Below the pieces are notes generated by a model. That model made no database searches. It was not told the origin of the DNA and worked only from the letters and a program-made list of their open reading frames with translations. A stretch of DNA of 64,000 bases from Botryllus schlosseri (taxonomy: Eukaryota): contig CM119381.1 of the NCBI GenBank assembly GCA_051294905.1, forward strand, positions 17,422,001 to 17,486,000. The letters run 5' to 3'. This document shows, piece after piece, positions 63,001-64,000 of the stretch. The position numbers and the translations under genes are program-made. Numbering within the stretch: the stretch's first letter is position 1; every line of letters begins with the position of its first letter.

Positions 63001-64000
63001 GAAAGGACCGCGTCGAGAAAAAAAGGAGCAGGAAATATTGATGACAATGTAACTCGGCATTGTGACGTCACTTCACACATAGTCGGATCTTTGGCTCCCG
63101 GAGCAATTGTAATCGAAGCCATCATCTCCAATGTACACAAGACTTGATCGACCGATACGGGCAAGTATTAGTATCTTAAATACGATGAAAGATAGCTCTG
63201 TATTTGATTGACTTATTTGTCGGCTGCATGTCAGTAAACAATAGCGGAACTCGGGCGGTTTTATTGTTTGCGCACCAAGTTCTTGACACAGATCGCCAGA
63301 TTGTCAGTAATGAAAGTTCGGATTCGCATCGCTGCGATAGCGCGTATCTCGAGTCACTAAATCGGTAGGACTTGGGTCAAGTGCTTCTAGCACAATGCAA
63401 AGACCTGACATCGTGCGTATGAGTTTATACAAAAAGTGAGTCAAAGACATAGATATAACCCTGCTTATTTTTACCGAATGATATACGGCGCAATAACTGA
63501 GCAAAGGGTAATGACTGGGAACTCCAAGTCACGCGAGAAAAACCGCTTTGGCCCCGCCAGACCTAGCGATCCAAACATTACATAGCGACGTCATAATCAG
63601 ATAAATCTTTTCCAGCAGTCATCAGAATTGTCCGATCAGAAACGCTTCTTCACGACCAACAATGTATGATCGACCCTTCATTGCGTCATGATTCTAAGCC
63701 CGTTCGTATACACACAATTGCGCGGGTACAGGATCTGTATCGTTTGTCACGGACGAGCATAAATATATACGAGCCGCGGATGGAATCGTATACGCTTGCT
63801 GATTAATGACAACTTCCTGTGTTTCGTAGGCTGGCAGCAACATGCATTCCAGCTTTTACTCGCGAAGTGCGAAAATCGATTCGATTGATGTGTATGTAAT
63901 ACTTCCTCGGTGTATGACATAATCTAGTGACAACCAACCAAAAATAGGTTGCCGATCTTATGTCGTTTGACTTGTAACTTCCTCTACGCGGATCGAAGTC

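Overview
Eukaryotic, AT-rich, intron-containing genomic DNA. It is most likely from a tunicate (ascidian): connexins are chordate-specific, and these have many coding introns plus minimal 51-67 nt introns. I can build four protein-coding genes by hand using GT-AG junctions and phase continuity. Three are tandem + strand connexin (gap junction) genes: CxA (5'-truncated by the window edge, 418-7945), CxB (11576-24497, 7 coding exons, ~413 aa) and CxC (28366-33710, 6 coding exons, ~334 aa). The fourth is a convergent - strand Spalt-like (Sall) zinc-finger gene (48057-56244) whose first coding exon I could not identify. Introns and intergenic DNA from 1 to 47 kb are dense in non-autonomous DNA transposons (several hAT-type MITEs with 8-bp TSDs, TA-flanked MITEs, a foldback, nested insertions) and SINE-like elements. 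The 57-64 kb region upstream of Sall lacks recognisable repeats. Two unexpected signals stand out. First, up to five decayed ORF segments resemble the Polinton/Maverick minor capsid (penton) protein; this rests on remembered motifs and is unverified. Second, one MITE family occupies essentially every long Sall intron in a single orientation, with its end supplying a branch-point-like TACTGAC near several acceptors. No rRNA, genuine tRNA or CRISPR array is supported.
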